64,000 bases of DNA from Chiloscyllium plagiosum. Taxonomy: Eukaryota. Positions within the stretch are counted from its first letter, which is position 1, and every line of letters starts with the position of its first letter. The stretch covers positions 763,145-827,144 of the forward strand of contig NC_057750.1 of assembly GCF_004010195.1 (NCBI RefSeq), in the 5' to 3' direction. The notes under the pieces were generated by a model. It was not told the DNA's origin. It saw only the letters and a list, made by a program, of their open reading frames with translations, and ran no database searches. Shown piece by piece: positions 11,840 to 23,115 of the stretch. The position numbers and the translations under genes are program-made.

Positions 11840-12647
11840 GACAATAGACAATAGGTGCAGGAGTTGGCCATTCTGCCCTTCAAGCCTGCACCGCCGTTCA
11901 ATATGATCATGGCTGATCATTCCTAATTAGTATCCTGTTCCTGCCTTATCTCCATAACCCTTGATTCCACTATCTTTGAGCTCTATCCAACTCTTTCTTA
12001 AATGAATCCAGAGACTGGGCCTCCACTGCCCTCTGGGGCAGAGCATTCCACACAGCCACCACTCTCTGGGTGAAGAAGTTTCTCCTCATCTCTGTCCTAA
12101 ATGGTCTACCCCGCGCAGCATTTTAGTTTCACCGTGTTCCTGTTTTTAAGTTCAGTGCAATCCTAAAGGAACTCTGCACTGTCTGGCGTAGTATGAGAAT
12201 GACTCCCCATTCATTCCTCGAATGGCTATAAAAATTCCTGTGATATTGTAAGAAAGTGAATATTTACCCTTAACCTAACGCAGACAGTGGTAAAGGTTAA
12301 ATGGTCTTTTCTTTCATTGCTGATTATGAGATCTTGCTGCTATTAATTGGCTCCTACTGTTTCTACATTGTAACTGTTAACATGAAGATTTCTCATCAAC
12401 TGGTGTGTCCAATAGACACACAATGTCACCTAGGAGAAAGTGGGGACTGCAGATGCAGGAGATCAGAATTAAGAGAGTGGAAAAGCACAGCAGGCCAGGC
12501 AGCATCCGAATGTGCTTTTCCAGCACCACACTCTTGACACAATGTCATCTGCCCAGTGGATCCATTCGACAATAAAATCCCCCGTCTCAGCAAGGATTTA
12601 TTCAAAGAATGATTATTTGATCTGTGATGGTCACATGACTTCACTGA
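11840..12647 (+). repeat. ~810-bp tandem duplication, copy 2
   Basis: Near-identical to 10834-11645; the ORF-track peptides 11297-11533 and 12301-12537 are identical. Confidence 0.97.
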
Positions 12648-13058
12648 GAGCCTTGCTCGGTCAGTGGATCCCTGATTAACATGGATTATCCTGACCTCAG
12701 TCTAGGAGGCAGCTCAAGGCCTGTCCTGCTCATTGATTACTGAAATGGGGGCTTCCTATTGGACAGTGATGTACCAGATCCTCATAAATACGGGGTGCCG
12801 TAGAAAGGGTGAAGTGTGAAATTTGACAACTCACCCATTGGTGAAGATTGTTTATACACTGGGTTGAAGATGCTAAGGGATTCCTGCTCAAATCACCCAA
12901 CTGCAAGTTAACCCATACTCTCCTCCAGGAAGTCTGTGTCCTGGATGGATTAGGAATGGTTTTCTGTGTGTGAATTCCTATCTTTTGGATGAGATAATAG
13001 TTTGCAACTCTCGAGCTTCCTTTGTTAATTTGAACCTCTAAACATTGGCTTCCAACAC

Positions 13059-13228
13059 CTTCCCCAAAACTGGTGGGAGAGCTCGCCAGGAGTAGATCTC
13101 TGTGTCATTGTTAAAAAAGACATGTTCAAAAGTAACTGGCAAAAGAAAATTTGTTTGTTAATGATTAGGGACGTTTTTTTTTCCCAAGCTCTGCCAGAAT
13201 AGCTGGACAGGAGCAAGGGAGATCGAGA
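13059..13228 (+). repeat. ~165-bp dispersed direct repeat, copy 2
   Basis: Aligns to 10333-10500. Confidence 0.85.
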
Positions 13229-13744
13229 TTCAATGGATATTCCTCTGGAGGGGAAAACGTCTGAAAATTTCTCCTGACATTTCCATGTACTCCACTCTGC
13301 TGTGCTTCCTTGTAGGGGAAGGGCTGTACCTTCCCTGAAAGGGTTACTAGCTCATATCAGATTGGAATTAGATCAGGGCCCATATGAACTGAAAGTCTGT
13401 GACCTGCAGCTCTGCTTCCAAACTGAATTAGAGTCAGCTCCACTGGGAGAGAAGAGAACTTCACGACCTCTTGACCTTATCACTGCATAGCAACAGGAAA
13501 AGCTCCTTCAGTTCCCAGGAGAACCGAGGCAATTGTTTTTTTTCTGATGGAAGCGAGAGGAGACCAGACTGCATTCCTGCGGGGAGCTGAATGTTTAGAG
13601 TTCTTACACACCAGCTTCACAAGTCACCCTCAGATCATGGCAGAGATGGTCAGTAGTGAGAGCTATCACCCCCTTTCCTCACTTGGTCAGAAAACCATAA
13701 GCCATAGGAGCAGATATTAGGCCATTCAGCCCATCGAATCTGCT

Positions 13745-13906
13745 GCTAAATTGTCCATTGTGTTCAGGGATGTGTAGGTTAGCTGCATTAGTCATTGGTA
13801 AATATAGGATGGGGGAATGGGTTTGGATAGGTTACTGTTCAGAGGGTCGGTGTGGACTTGTTGGGCTGAAGGGCCTGTTTCCACACTGTAGAGATTCTAT
13901 GATTCT
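13745..13906 (+). mobile_element. 5'-truncated HE1-like SINE inside a minus-strand CR1 3' fragment (13693-13985)
   Basis: gctaaattgtccattgtgttcagggatgtgtaggttag...cctgtttccacactgtagagattctatgattct. Confidence 0.8.
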
Positions 13907-15374
13907 AACGCTTGATTCCTTTGGCAATCAAGAGCCTATCTATCTCCATCTTAAATATACTCAAATCTACTCCAGAATCTTAGAGTATTACTGTTATTGT
14001 TTGCTGCTAGAGTTGCTGAGGTTCTCTAGCATTCTCTGTTTTTATTCCAGATTAAAGATTTAACACAGTAGTTTACTTTTACATATCATTGACCCCTTGC
14101 AGTCTGTGGGATCTTGGCCAGTATAAACTGGCTTCCAGCCTTGCAAAAGCAGCTCAATCAAGCAGTACTTTAATCACTGACCAAGTCCTATGGAATAGCT
14201 TGAGCTTGTGAAAGTTCACATACTATGACCCGTCTTGTCTTCCCTCTTGATTGAGGAACATGAAAATTGCCAGGTTTTCGAGGAGCGTTATATCGAGGGG
14301 ATTAGCCCCCAAACTTCACGTTGTTGAGGGCTAGATCATGTCACCAGTGGATTACAGCTGAGTTTCTGTGAACCTGCAAATGGAAGAGTAGCTATCACCA
14401 GAAGTGGTCACTGCAACCTCACCCTTCCAGAATGAAAGAAAATAATCAATTTGCAGGTTACACTTTTCACCCATTGCTTTCCATTGAAATACCTTCCCTG
14501 CTCAGGAGCAACTGACTCTGCGTCCAAATGGCTGTCATTTACTGCAGCTTGTTACAGGAATACAACAGAAAGGTGATCAGAACAGAAAGAAAGGCCATTA
14601 AAAAGGCCACTACAGATATCCCTCCACACCCCAGGGAGCACGACCTGCCCAGGAAGCTTTCGTGTTTGATCATTACCTCAGAACAGAGCTGCAATGCTGT
14701 ACGGAGAGTTTTGAATCCAGTTAATGGTTTTCAGCCTGTATCCCAGTTAATAGTGGAGCTCATTAGCCAGTTTAGCAACTAAACCAGTGTATAAACTTGG
14801 AGGAATTACATAGAGTCTCCAATTGCACGACAGCACTTGGGACTGTAGCTCATCACCACCTTCTGAAGGGTAGTGAGGGATTGGAAATAAATGCTGGTCC
14901 AACCAGCGACTACCGACATCCTATAAATGAAAACATTTCAATGTTTAATGCACACCATCATATAAGGCCCAACATGGCCAATGTTTGAATTAATCCATTG
15001 GATTATGGGATCACTTTGCTCTGTCCATAGCAAGCCATTTTTATTGATAAGCCACAGTGTAATTCTGTAACTGGAATTCTGGACAACAGACCACTCCAGA
15101 ACAATAGTAATCTGTCAAGTCTTAACCACTCTCTGAAATGTCTCTAAACTCAGAGACAATTAAGGATTGGGTTATAAATGGTTAATGCCGAAATCTCAAG
15201 TAGAAATAAATAAACAAGTAACAGAGCTGCCATGCACTTGTCCCCTTTGCTGAGTTTCATGAATTCTCATCAGGCTGGCGTGCTCAAAAACTGAGAAACA
15301 TTTAATCTATTAATTTCTTATTTGATTGGCTTGGGAAAAGATTCAGACTACTCCTACTATCTTAATCATAACAT

Positions 15375-15707
15375 GATGCACTGCAGCAACTCACCAAGGC
15401 TCCTCAGACAGCACCTTCCAAACCCACGACCACTTCCATCTAGAAGGACAAGGGCAGCAGATACATGGGAACACCACCCCCTGCAAGCCCCTCACCATCC
15501 TGATTTGGAAATGTATCACCGTTCCTTCAGTGTCGCTGGGTCAAAATCCTGGAACCCCCTCTCTAAGGGCATTGTGGGTCAACCCACAGCACATGGACTG
15601 CATGGTTCAGGAAGGCAGCTCATCCCCAACTTTTCAAGGGGCAACTAGGGATTGGCAATAAATACTGGGCCCCAGTGACCCCCACACTCCAACAGTGAAT
15701 AAAAATA
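15375..15707 (+). mobile_element. 3' end of CR1/L2-group LINE family B
   Basis: MHCSNSPRLLRQHLPNPRPLPSRRTRAADTWEHH...YHRSFSVAGSKSWNPL; tail ggcaactagggattggcaataaatactgg. Confidence 0.8.
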
Positions 15708-16073
15708 AGTTACTGTTTATCGCAGAGTAACCAAGGCTTAAGAGTGAAGGACAGGAACATTTTCAAAGGAAGGCTGTGAATGAAAGGATTGCGCTACCTG
15801 ACCAGCAGTGAGAAAGCGGGTGCAGTCACACCCCTTCCAGCCCGATTTAACTGAAAAGAAATGAAGTGAAACACATTTGCCAAAATTCATTCGAACAGCA
15901 CAGCACTGTTCAGAAGCAATCAAGCTCTGGGCAAAATGTTGAACTCTGATTTCACAGAGGCTGACAAGTTTAGCAACATGGAATTATATTTTAAAGATTC
16001 CACTGTAACATAACTGGGCTATCTCAGTGACAAGACAAAAAAGCTGACACTGCCTCAGATTTTCCAGCAACTG

Positions 16074-16217
16074 ATATAAATACTCAATATAAATACTCGA
16101 CATAAATACTCAATATACATACTTGATATAAATACTCGATATGAATACTCAATATGAATACTCGATATGAATACTCGATATAAATACTCGATATAAATAC
16201 TCGATATAAATACTCGA
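16074..16217. repeat. 13-bp AT-rich tandem repeat, ~11 units
   Basis: (atataaatactcg)n with variants. Confidence 0.92.
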
Positions 16218-16299
16218 AGCTCAAAAATGCTGATCTCTCAGAAAGGGAAGGCAGAATGTTAGCCCTCAGAGAGACTGGGAATGGTGGCTCTGTCAGGAA

Positions 16300-16857
16300 C
16301 ACTTCTGTCTCTCCTTCAGAAGGTTTTGGCTATGCAGTCCCACTCCTCTACATCGGGGAGACAGGACGCCTTCTGGCAAGTCGTTTCAGAGAACATCTCT
16401 GGGACACCCGCACCCACCAACCCCACTGTCCTGTGGCTGAACACTTCAACTCCGCCTCCCACTCCGTCAAGGTCACGCAGGTCCAGGGCCTCCTCCATCG
16501 CCAAACCTTTACCACCCAACACCTGCAGGTGGAGCACCTCATATTCCACCTTGGGACGCTGCAACCGCACGGGATCAACGTGGATTTCAACAGCTTCCTC
16601 ATTTCCCCTCCCCCCACATTATCCCAGTTCCCAAGCCTCCAACTCGGCACTGCCCTCCGGACCCATCCATCACTGCCCCCTACCCAAAACGTCGATTCTC
16701 CTCTCCTCAGATGCTGCCTCACCTGCTGTGTTTTTCCAGCGCCACACTCTCAAGTCCCACTCCAGGGCTTGAGTACAGAAGTCTATCACCTACCCAGGTG
16801 GTACAGTCAAGGGTGCCACCTGTCCTCCCTTGGGGATCTTAGAAAATCTCATTGGAA
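16300..16857 (+). mobile_element. SacSINE1/DeuSINE-like SINE, 5' part (interrupted by a PLE)
   Basis: tcagaaggtt...agtcccactcc|agggcttgagtacagaagtcta...cctgtcctccctt..gat...aaaatctcattgg. Confidence 0.5.
16347..16752 (+). mobile_element. 5'-truncated Penelope-like element: GIY-YIG endonuclease plus 3' terminal repeat
   Basis: LYIGETGRLLASRFREHLWDTR...PVAEHFN...EHLIFHLGTLQPHGINVDF; TSD agtcccactcc at 16336-16346 and 16753-16763. Confidence 0.92.
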
Positions 16858-17200
16858 ATGGCCATTCAGCCCCTCAAGTTTACTCCGCTATTTAATATGA
16901 TCCATGGCTGATCTCATCTCAGCCTCAACTCCACTTACCTGCACTTTTTAACCTGTTACTAATTAAAAATCTGTCTATCTCCTTCTTAAACATATTCAGT
17001 GTCCCAGCTCCCACCGCACACTCGGGCAGTGAATCTCACAGATTCATGATCCTATAAGAGAAGTAATCCCTCCTTATCTTTGCTTTAAATCTGCACCCTC
17101 ACCCTCTCCCCGCCCCACTTTATCCGAAAGCGAGTACCTCCCATTCCAGAGTGCCCCACAAGGGCAACATCGTCTCTACATCTTTTTCAATTCTCTTTAT
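16858..17200 (-). mobile_element. Old CR1 LINE 3' end (continues at 19133-19283)
   Basis: ggccattcagcccctcaag...atggctgatctcatctcagcctcaactcca 3'UTR pattern. Confidence 0.75.
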
Positions 17201-17413
17201 ATCATAGAATCCCTACAGTGGGGAAGCAGGCCATTCAGCCTATCAAGTCCACGCTGACCCTCAGAAGGGCGCCTCACCCAGACTCAGTCCCCCTACCCTA
17301 TCCCCGTAAACCTGCATTTCCATGGCCAATCCACTCTAACCTGCACATTTTTGGACTGTAAGAGGAAACCAGAGCAAATCTACGCAAACAAGGGAAGAAT
17401 ATGCAAACTCCAC
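17201..17413 (-). mobile_element. HE1-like SINE 3' and core part (head continues at 19065-19132)
   Basis: atcatagaatccctacagtgg...tgcaaactccac; resumes caggtgcccaagggtggaatcgaacccgggaccctggcgct. Confidence 0.88.
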
Positions 17414-19064
17414 GTAGAAGGGAGAACTAGTCATTTGGATACAGAACTGGCTCAAAGGTACAAGACAGAGGGTGGTAGTGGAGGGTTGTTTTTCAGACTG
17501 GAGGCCTGTGACCAGTGGAGTGCCACAAGGATCGGTGCTGGGCCCTCTACTTTTTGTCATTTACATAAATGATTTGGATGCGAGCAGAAGAGGTACAGTT
17601 AGTAAGTTTGCAGATGACACCAACATTGGAGGTGTAGTGGACAGCGAAGAGGGTTACCTCAGATTACAACAGGATCTGGACCAGATGGACCAATGGTTTG
17701 AGAAGTGGCAGATGGAGTTTAATTCAGATAAATGCGAGGTGCTGCATTTTGGGAAAGCAAATCTTAGCAGGGCTTGTACACTTAATGTAAGGTCCTAGGG
17801 AGTGTTGCTGAACAAAGAGACCTTGGAGTGCAGGTTCATAGTTGTTTGAAAGTGGAGTCACAGGTAGATAAGATAGTGAAGAAGGCATTTGCTCAGAGCA
17901 TTGAGTGTAGGAGTTGGGAGGTCATGTTGCGACTGTACAGGACATTGGTTAGGCCATTTTTTGCAATATTGTGTGCGATTCTGGTCTCCTTCCTATTGGA
18001 AGAATGTTGTGAAACTTGAAAGAGTTCAGAAAAGATCTACAAGAATGTTGCCAGGGTTGCAGGATTTGAGCTATAGGGAGAGGCTGAACAGGCTGGGGCT
18101 ATTATCCCTGGAACATTGGAGGTTGAGGGGTGACCTTATAGAGATTTACAAAATCATGAGGGGCATGGATAGGGCAAATAGACAAGGGATTTTTCCTGGA
18201 GTAGGCGAGTCCGCAACTGATTACAACAGGATTTTGACCAGATGGGCCAATGGGCCGAGAAGTGGCAAATGGAGTTTAATTTAGATAAATGTGAGGTGCT
18301 GCATTTTGGGAAAGCAAATCTTAGCAGGACTTACACACTTAACGGTAAGGTCCTAGGGAGTGTTGCTGAACAAAGAGACCTTGGAGTGCAGGTTCATAGC
18401 TCCTTGAAAGTGGAGTCTCAGGTAGATAGGATAATGAAGAAGGCGTTTGGTATGCTTTCATTTATTGGTCAGAATATTGAGTACAGGAGTTGGGAGGTCA
18501 TGTTGCGGCTGTACAGGACATTGGTTAGGCCACTGTTGGAATATTGGGTGCAATTCTGGTTTCCTTCCTATCGGAAAGATGTTGTGAAACTTGAAAGGGT
18601 TCAGAAAAGATTTACAAGGATGTTGCCAGGGTTGGAGGATCTGAGATACATGGAGAGGCTGAACAGGCTGGGGCTGTTTTCTCTGGAGCTTCGGAGGCTG
18701 AAGGGTGACCTTATAGAGGTTTACAAAATTATGAGGGGCATGGATAGGGTAAATAGACAAAGTCTATCCCTTGGGGTGGAGGAGTCCAGAACTAGAGGGC
18801 ATAGGTTTAGGGTGAGAGGGGAAAGATATAAAAGAGACCTAAGGGTGGTACATGTATGGAATGAGCTGCCAGAGGAAATGGTGGAGGCTGGTACAATTGC
18901 AACATTTAAGAGGCATTTGGATGGGTATATGAATAGGAAGGGTTTGGAGGGATATGGGCCGGGTGCTGGCAGGTGGGACTAGATTGGGTTGGGATATCTG
19001 GTCGGCATGGACAGGTTGGACCGAATGGTCTGTTTCCATGCTGTACATCTCTATGACTCTATGA
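17414..19064 (+). mobile_element. HER1/CR1 LINE, 5'-truncated, with internal ~555-bp repetition
   Basis: RT motifs SGVPQGSVLGPLLFVIYINDLD and KFADDT; 246-aa ORF 18242-18982; tail ctgtacatctctatgactctatga; 18218 restarts at the position homologous to 17662. Confidence 0.96.
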
Positions 19065-19283
19065 CAGGTGCCCAAGGGTGGAATCGAACCCGGGACCCTG
19101 GCGCTGGGAGGCAGCAGTGCTAAAAACTGAGTCTTTGGCATCTTACATGTTTCAGTTAAAATCTCCTCTCATCTTTCCAAACTCCAGAGAGTATTGGCCT
19201 AAACTGCTCAGTTTCTCTTCATAAAACAGGCCTCTCATCTCTGGAATTAATCCAATAGACCTTCTTTGAACTATCTCCAATGT

Positions 19284-19510
19284 AAGTGGAACAGCAGATA
19301 GTCCTTACTATCTTGGCCAATATTTGTCCCTCAATCAAAATCACAAACACAGATGATCAAGCCATTGTTACAGTGCCGTGTATGATAACTTATGATCAAC
19401 TAATTGGCTCCTGTGAATGAGATATTATGCTTTCGATACTTGAACAGATTTATTTCCTCCACAGTGAAGCTATTTCAGATACACTCATGTAAATGCAAAT
19501 CTTCCTTCTC
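19284..19510 (+). mobile_element. SacSINE1/DeuSINE-like SINE, 3' part
   Basis: cttggccaatatttgtccctcaatcaaaatcacaaacacagat...aattggct...taaatgcaaatcttcc. Confidence 0.6.
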
Positions 19511-20142
19511 CTTTAGATCTGAAATCCTCAACACTTCTTCACTAAACCTCTTAATCCTTTCTCTCTAGAAACATCTCAAAGTCTCTTAAACTGTACTTCT
19601 TTTTCCAGTCTACATCCATAACATTTTAAATATGGTTTTGCTATCAAAGAGAAGCAGTTCTCATCTTCGTATAGATAATTTAGTCTTTCCAGCAACACTC
19701 ATTTGTATTTAGTAAAATAAAGAATTTTGGCTTAAATCTCAGTGACATGAAACCGAAAGGAGAAGGATATATTTTTGTCAAATCTACATCAGTAAACTCT
19801 TCCATCGATTTATAAACTGCACAGAATCCGTAAACCATAATTCTCACAATTTAATTTTGAGCATGCATCCCATAAGCAATACTAACATCATAACTGATGG
19901 AATGATCACAATTGAGCTTCTGAAACCTGACTTCAGATATAAACTCTTGTAAATACCGTTCCATGATCAATAGAAACCTATGTGTTTTCTCTACCTTTAG
20001 TGTAATTCTCATCACGAAATGATAATCAGATAGGTCGGTGCAAGGAAGGACACTTCAAGACACTAAAGGAAAAGACACTGGTTGGGGATTCTAGAATTAG
20101 GGGCATAGTCTGAGAGTGAGGGCCAGTGAGTTCAGGAGAAAT

Positions 20143-20450
20143 TAGATTAGATTTCCCTACAGTGTGGAAACAGGCCCTTTGGCCCAACAAGTCCACACTG
20201 ACCCTCCGAAGATTCACCCACCCAGACCCATTCCCCTGACCAATACACCTAACACTATGGGCAATTTAGCATGGCCAATTTACCTGACCTGCACATCTTT
20301 GCACTGTGGGAGGAAACCAGAGCACCTGGAGGAAACCCACGCAGAAACGGGGAAAACATGCAAACTCCACAGTCACCAGAGGCTGGAATCGAACCTGGGA
20401 CCCTGGTGCTGTGAGGCAGTAGTGCTAACCACTGAGCCACCATGCCACCC
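20143..20450 (-). mobile_element. HE1-like SINE, full length
   Basis: tagattagatttccctacagtgtggaaacagg...ccactgagccaccatgccaccc. Confidence 0.93.
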
Positions 20451-20654
20451 CAAATGGTAGGAAGCACTTCCACACACAAAGGGTGGGAGAGGTTTGGAAC
20501 TCTTCTTCCATAATTGGCAGTGGATGCTGGATCAGTTGTTAATTTAACATCTAAGATAGATACACATGTCTTTGGCAATGGTATTAAGGGATATGGGCCA
20601 AAAGCAGTTATATGGAGTTAGGTTACAGATCAGCCAAAATCTCACTGAATGGTA

Positions 20655-20855
20655 ACCATGATGTGCAAGTGCCCATGTTGGACTGGGGTGGACAAAGTCA
20701 CAAGTCACACAACACCAGGTTATAGTTCAATAGGTTTATTTAAAATCACAAGCTTTCAGAGCACTGCCCCTTCATCAGGTGGTTTTTACCTGATGAAGGA
20801 GTTGTGCTCCAAAAACTTGTGATTTCAAATAAACCTAGCATTGTGTGACTTCTGT
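20655..20855. mobile_element. PLE fold-back mini-element (subfamily B) with hammerhead-like motifs on both strands
   Basis: Centre ccttcatcaggt-ggttttt-acctgatgaagg; imperfect TSD tcactgaatg / tcattgaatg. Confidence 0.8.
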
Positions 20856-20924
20856 CATTGAATGATGGAACAGACTCGAGAGGCTGAATGGCCTACTTCT
20901 GTTGCCCCTGGATATTTGGATGAT

Positions 20925-21565
20925 GTTGGGTATGATTGTCTTTACTGGTCAGAGCATTGAGTACAGGAGTTGGGAGGTCTTGCAATGACTGCATGGGACA
21001 TTGGTTCGGCCACTTTTGGAATATTGAGTTCTGTTCTGGTCTCCCTCCTATTGGAAAGATGTTGTGAAACTTGAAAGGGCTCAGAAAAGATTCACAAGGC
21101 TGTTGCCAGGGTTGGAGGATTTGAGCTACAGGGAGAGGCTGAACAGGCTGGGGCAGTTTTCCCTGGAGCGTCAGAGGCTGAGGGGTGACCTTTTAGAGGT
21201 TGATAGAATCATGAGGGGCATGGATAGGGTAAAATAGACAAGGTCTTTTCCCTGGGGTGGGGGAGTCCACAACTAGAGGGCATAGATTTAGGGTGAGAGG
21301 GAAGAGATTTAAAAGGGATCTGAGGAGCAACTTTATCACACAGAGGGTGGTGTGTATATGGAATGAGCTGCCAGAGGAAGTGGTGGAGGCTGGTACAATT
21401 GCAACCTTTAAAAGGCATTTGGATGGATATATGAATAGGAAGGGTTTAGAGGGTATGGGCCAAGTGCTGGCAAACGGGACTAAATTAATTTAGGATATCT
21501 GGTCAACATGGACGAGTTGGACCGAAGGGTCTGTTTCTGTGCTGTACATCTCTATGAGTCTATGA
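20925..21565 (+). mobile_element. HER1/CR1 LINE 3' fragment
   Basis: ESTTRGHRFRVRGKRFKRDLRSNFITQRVVCIWNELP; tail tctatgagtctatga. Confidence 0.93.
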
Positions 21566-22943
21566 TTGGGTAGGTTCTAAGGATGATCTTCCAGGAGGAT
21601 AAGGAGAAGATTGGAGACTATAAGGTGACGTTTGTACAAGACCTCAGCTTGGCTGTTTCCACCTTTGACTGTGCACCTGAAACTGTTTGACAGAAAGTTG
21701 GACTGACTATGTTCCAGGCAGCAAACCTTCCTGTAAATCAAACTGGAGTATGGGCATAGGGCCATTGCTGTTATGCCTGCAACAGCTGTAGCTTCCTACA
21801 AGCGCAATAAAATCTGTCAGGACTATTGAGGAAGAGACAGGGGAACCCAATTTATCACTCATGCCGATGAGCTGAAACTATTATAGGAGCACATTAAACG
21901 TCTTCCACCGTTAAAAAGATGATTCATATACCACTGCATCCAGAGGCCTATGTCTCTGCAACAATAACAGTTTATTGACTAAAAAAAACCCAGCACACAA
22001 TAGTTTATGAAGCTTTCAGTTCCTTTATCATGCCCAGTGAAGTGTTAAACCAGACTGAGCACAGCAGTAAAACTTACTCACACGTTCTGAAATAGAGTTC
22101 AACAGTGACAGGGAAAAACATGTACGGTGACATGTCTAACATTCCTTTGTCAAACAGTGCATGAATTATCACCAGATTCAAACCAAGAAATATTCTCTTT
22201 AACAAAAGCTTTCAAAGCATCAGTTCTGGATTGGACATGTGAGTGATTGTGCCATCATAGTTTTATTGTACAACTCTCAATGGGCAGAGCGATGAATTCA
22301 TCCTGTCTCCTCCCTCTTCCCCTGACAGTGGTCCTATCAGTTCCCAGTGCTTTGACCACTCTCTGGTCCCTCACTCATTTGGAAACACATTGAAACAATT
22401 TATTCCTAGAGACATTAATAATGAGCTCATCCCATCCTGAACCAGCACACACTGGGATCAGCCAAAGGCTGAAATGCTGTTTGATTCTTTATTCCTCTTT
22501 TAGCCTAAGGGCACCCTGACTAGCCACAGCACCCAAGTAATGAGCTTGATAGATACCGACAGGAATCAATAGCATAACAGAGCTTCTGGTTAACATCCCT
22601 AGGGGCACTGGGAGCCATGAAAGCACTGCTTTTCCTTGTTCCCTCCTTACAGATAGCTCATACCAGCAATGAATTGTCTCTCTCTGTATGACACACATTG
22701 GACAATGAACCCAATAGTTGTTGCTGTAGAGTGAAGGGAATCCTCTACAGAAAGGGAGTCTGCCAGTGCTGACTTACCCTTTGTGTGTGATTTGCTTGGG
22801 ACCATCTTGCTTTGGTTTTCTATATCAATGCAAATATTTGTTGTGCTCCTGGATTGTCCTGGAAACATTATATTGTCAAGATTAATACCAGCTTTATCAC
22901 AAATCTATTGTGCCTCCAGTCAACACCCCAAGTTCTTTGTGGG

Positions 22944-23115
22944 AGCAATTTACTGCAGATGCTGAAAACTGTACTGAAAACGAAAAATGCTGGAAATCAC
23001 AATGGGTCAACAGCATCTGTAGGGAGACAGCAAGCTCTGATGAAGAGTCAACTAGACTCAAAACATTAGCTTGCTCTCTCTCCACAGATACTGCCTGACC
23101 CATTGTGATTTCCAG
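22944..23115. mobile_element. PLE fold-back mini-element (subfamily C)
   Basis: ctggaaatcacaatgggtca / tgacccattgtgatttccag inverted arms; CTGATGA(23037)-A-GAGTC-aacta-GACTC-aaaa. Confidence 0.75.

Larger units (their letters stand above)
20075..20905 (+). mobile_element. Old CR1 3' end interrupted by an HE1-like SINE and a PLE fold-back
   Basis: ggggattctagaattaggggcatagtctgaga...gaagcacttccacacacaaagggtgg...gaggctgaatggcctacttctgtt. Confidence 0.75.

Noticed and set aside
11297..12537. Two identical 78-aa ORFs as a duplicated small gene
   Set aside because: Identity follows from the DNA duplication, and the C-terminal half is PLE repeat sequence
16256..16900. 214-aa ORF as a domesticated GIY-YIG nuclease gene
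   Set aside because: It is a chimera of flank, truncated PLE (first GIY motif missing), UTR and SINE; the TSD shows a simple insertion
18242..18982. 246-aa ORF as a host CDS
   Set aside because: It is the CR1 ORF2 C-terminus from a truncated copy with an internal deletion
22070..22097. Minus-strand micro-exon-like motif (ctctatttcag-aacgt-gtgagt)
   Set aside because: Too short to distinguish from chance without transcript data
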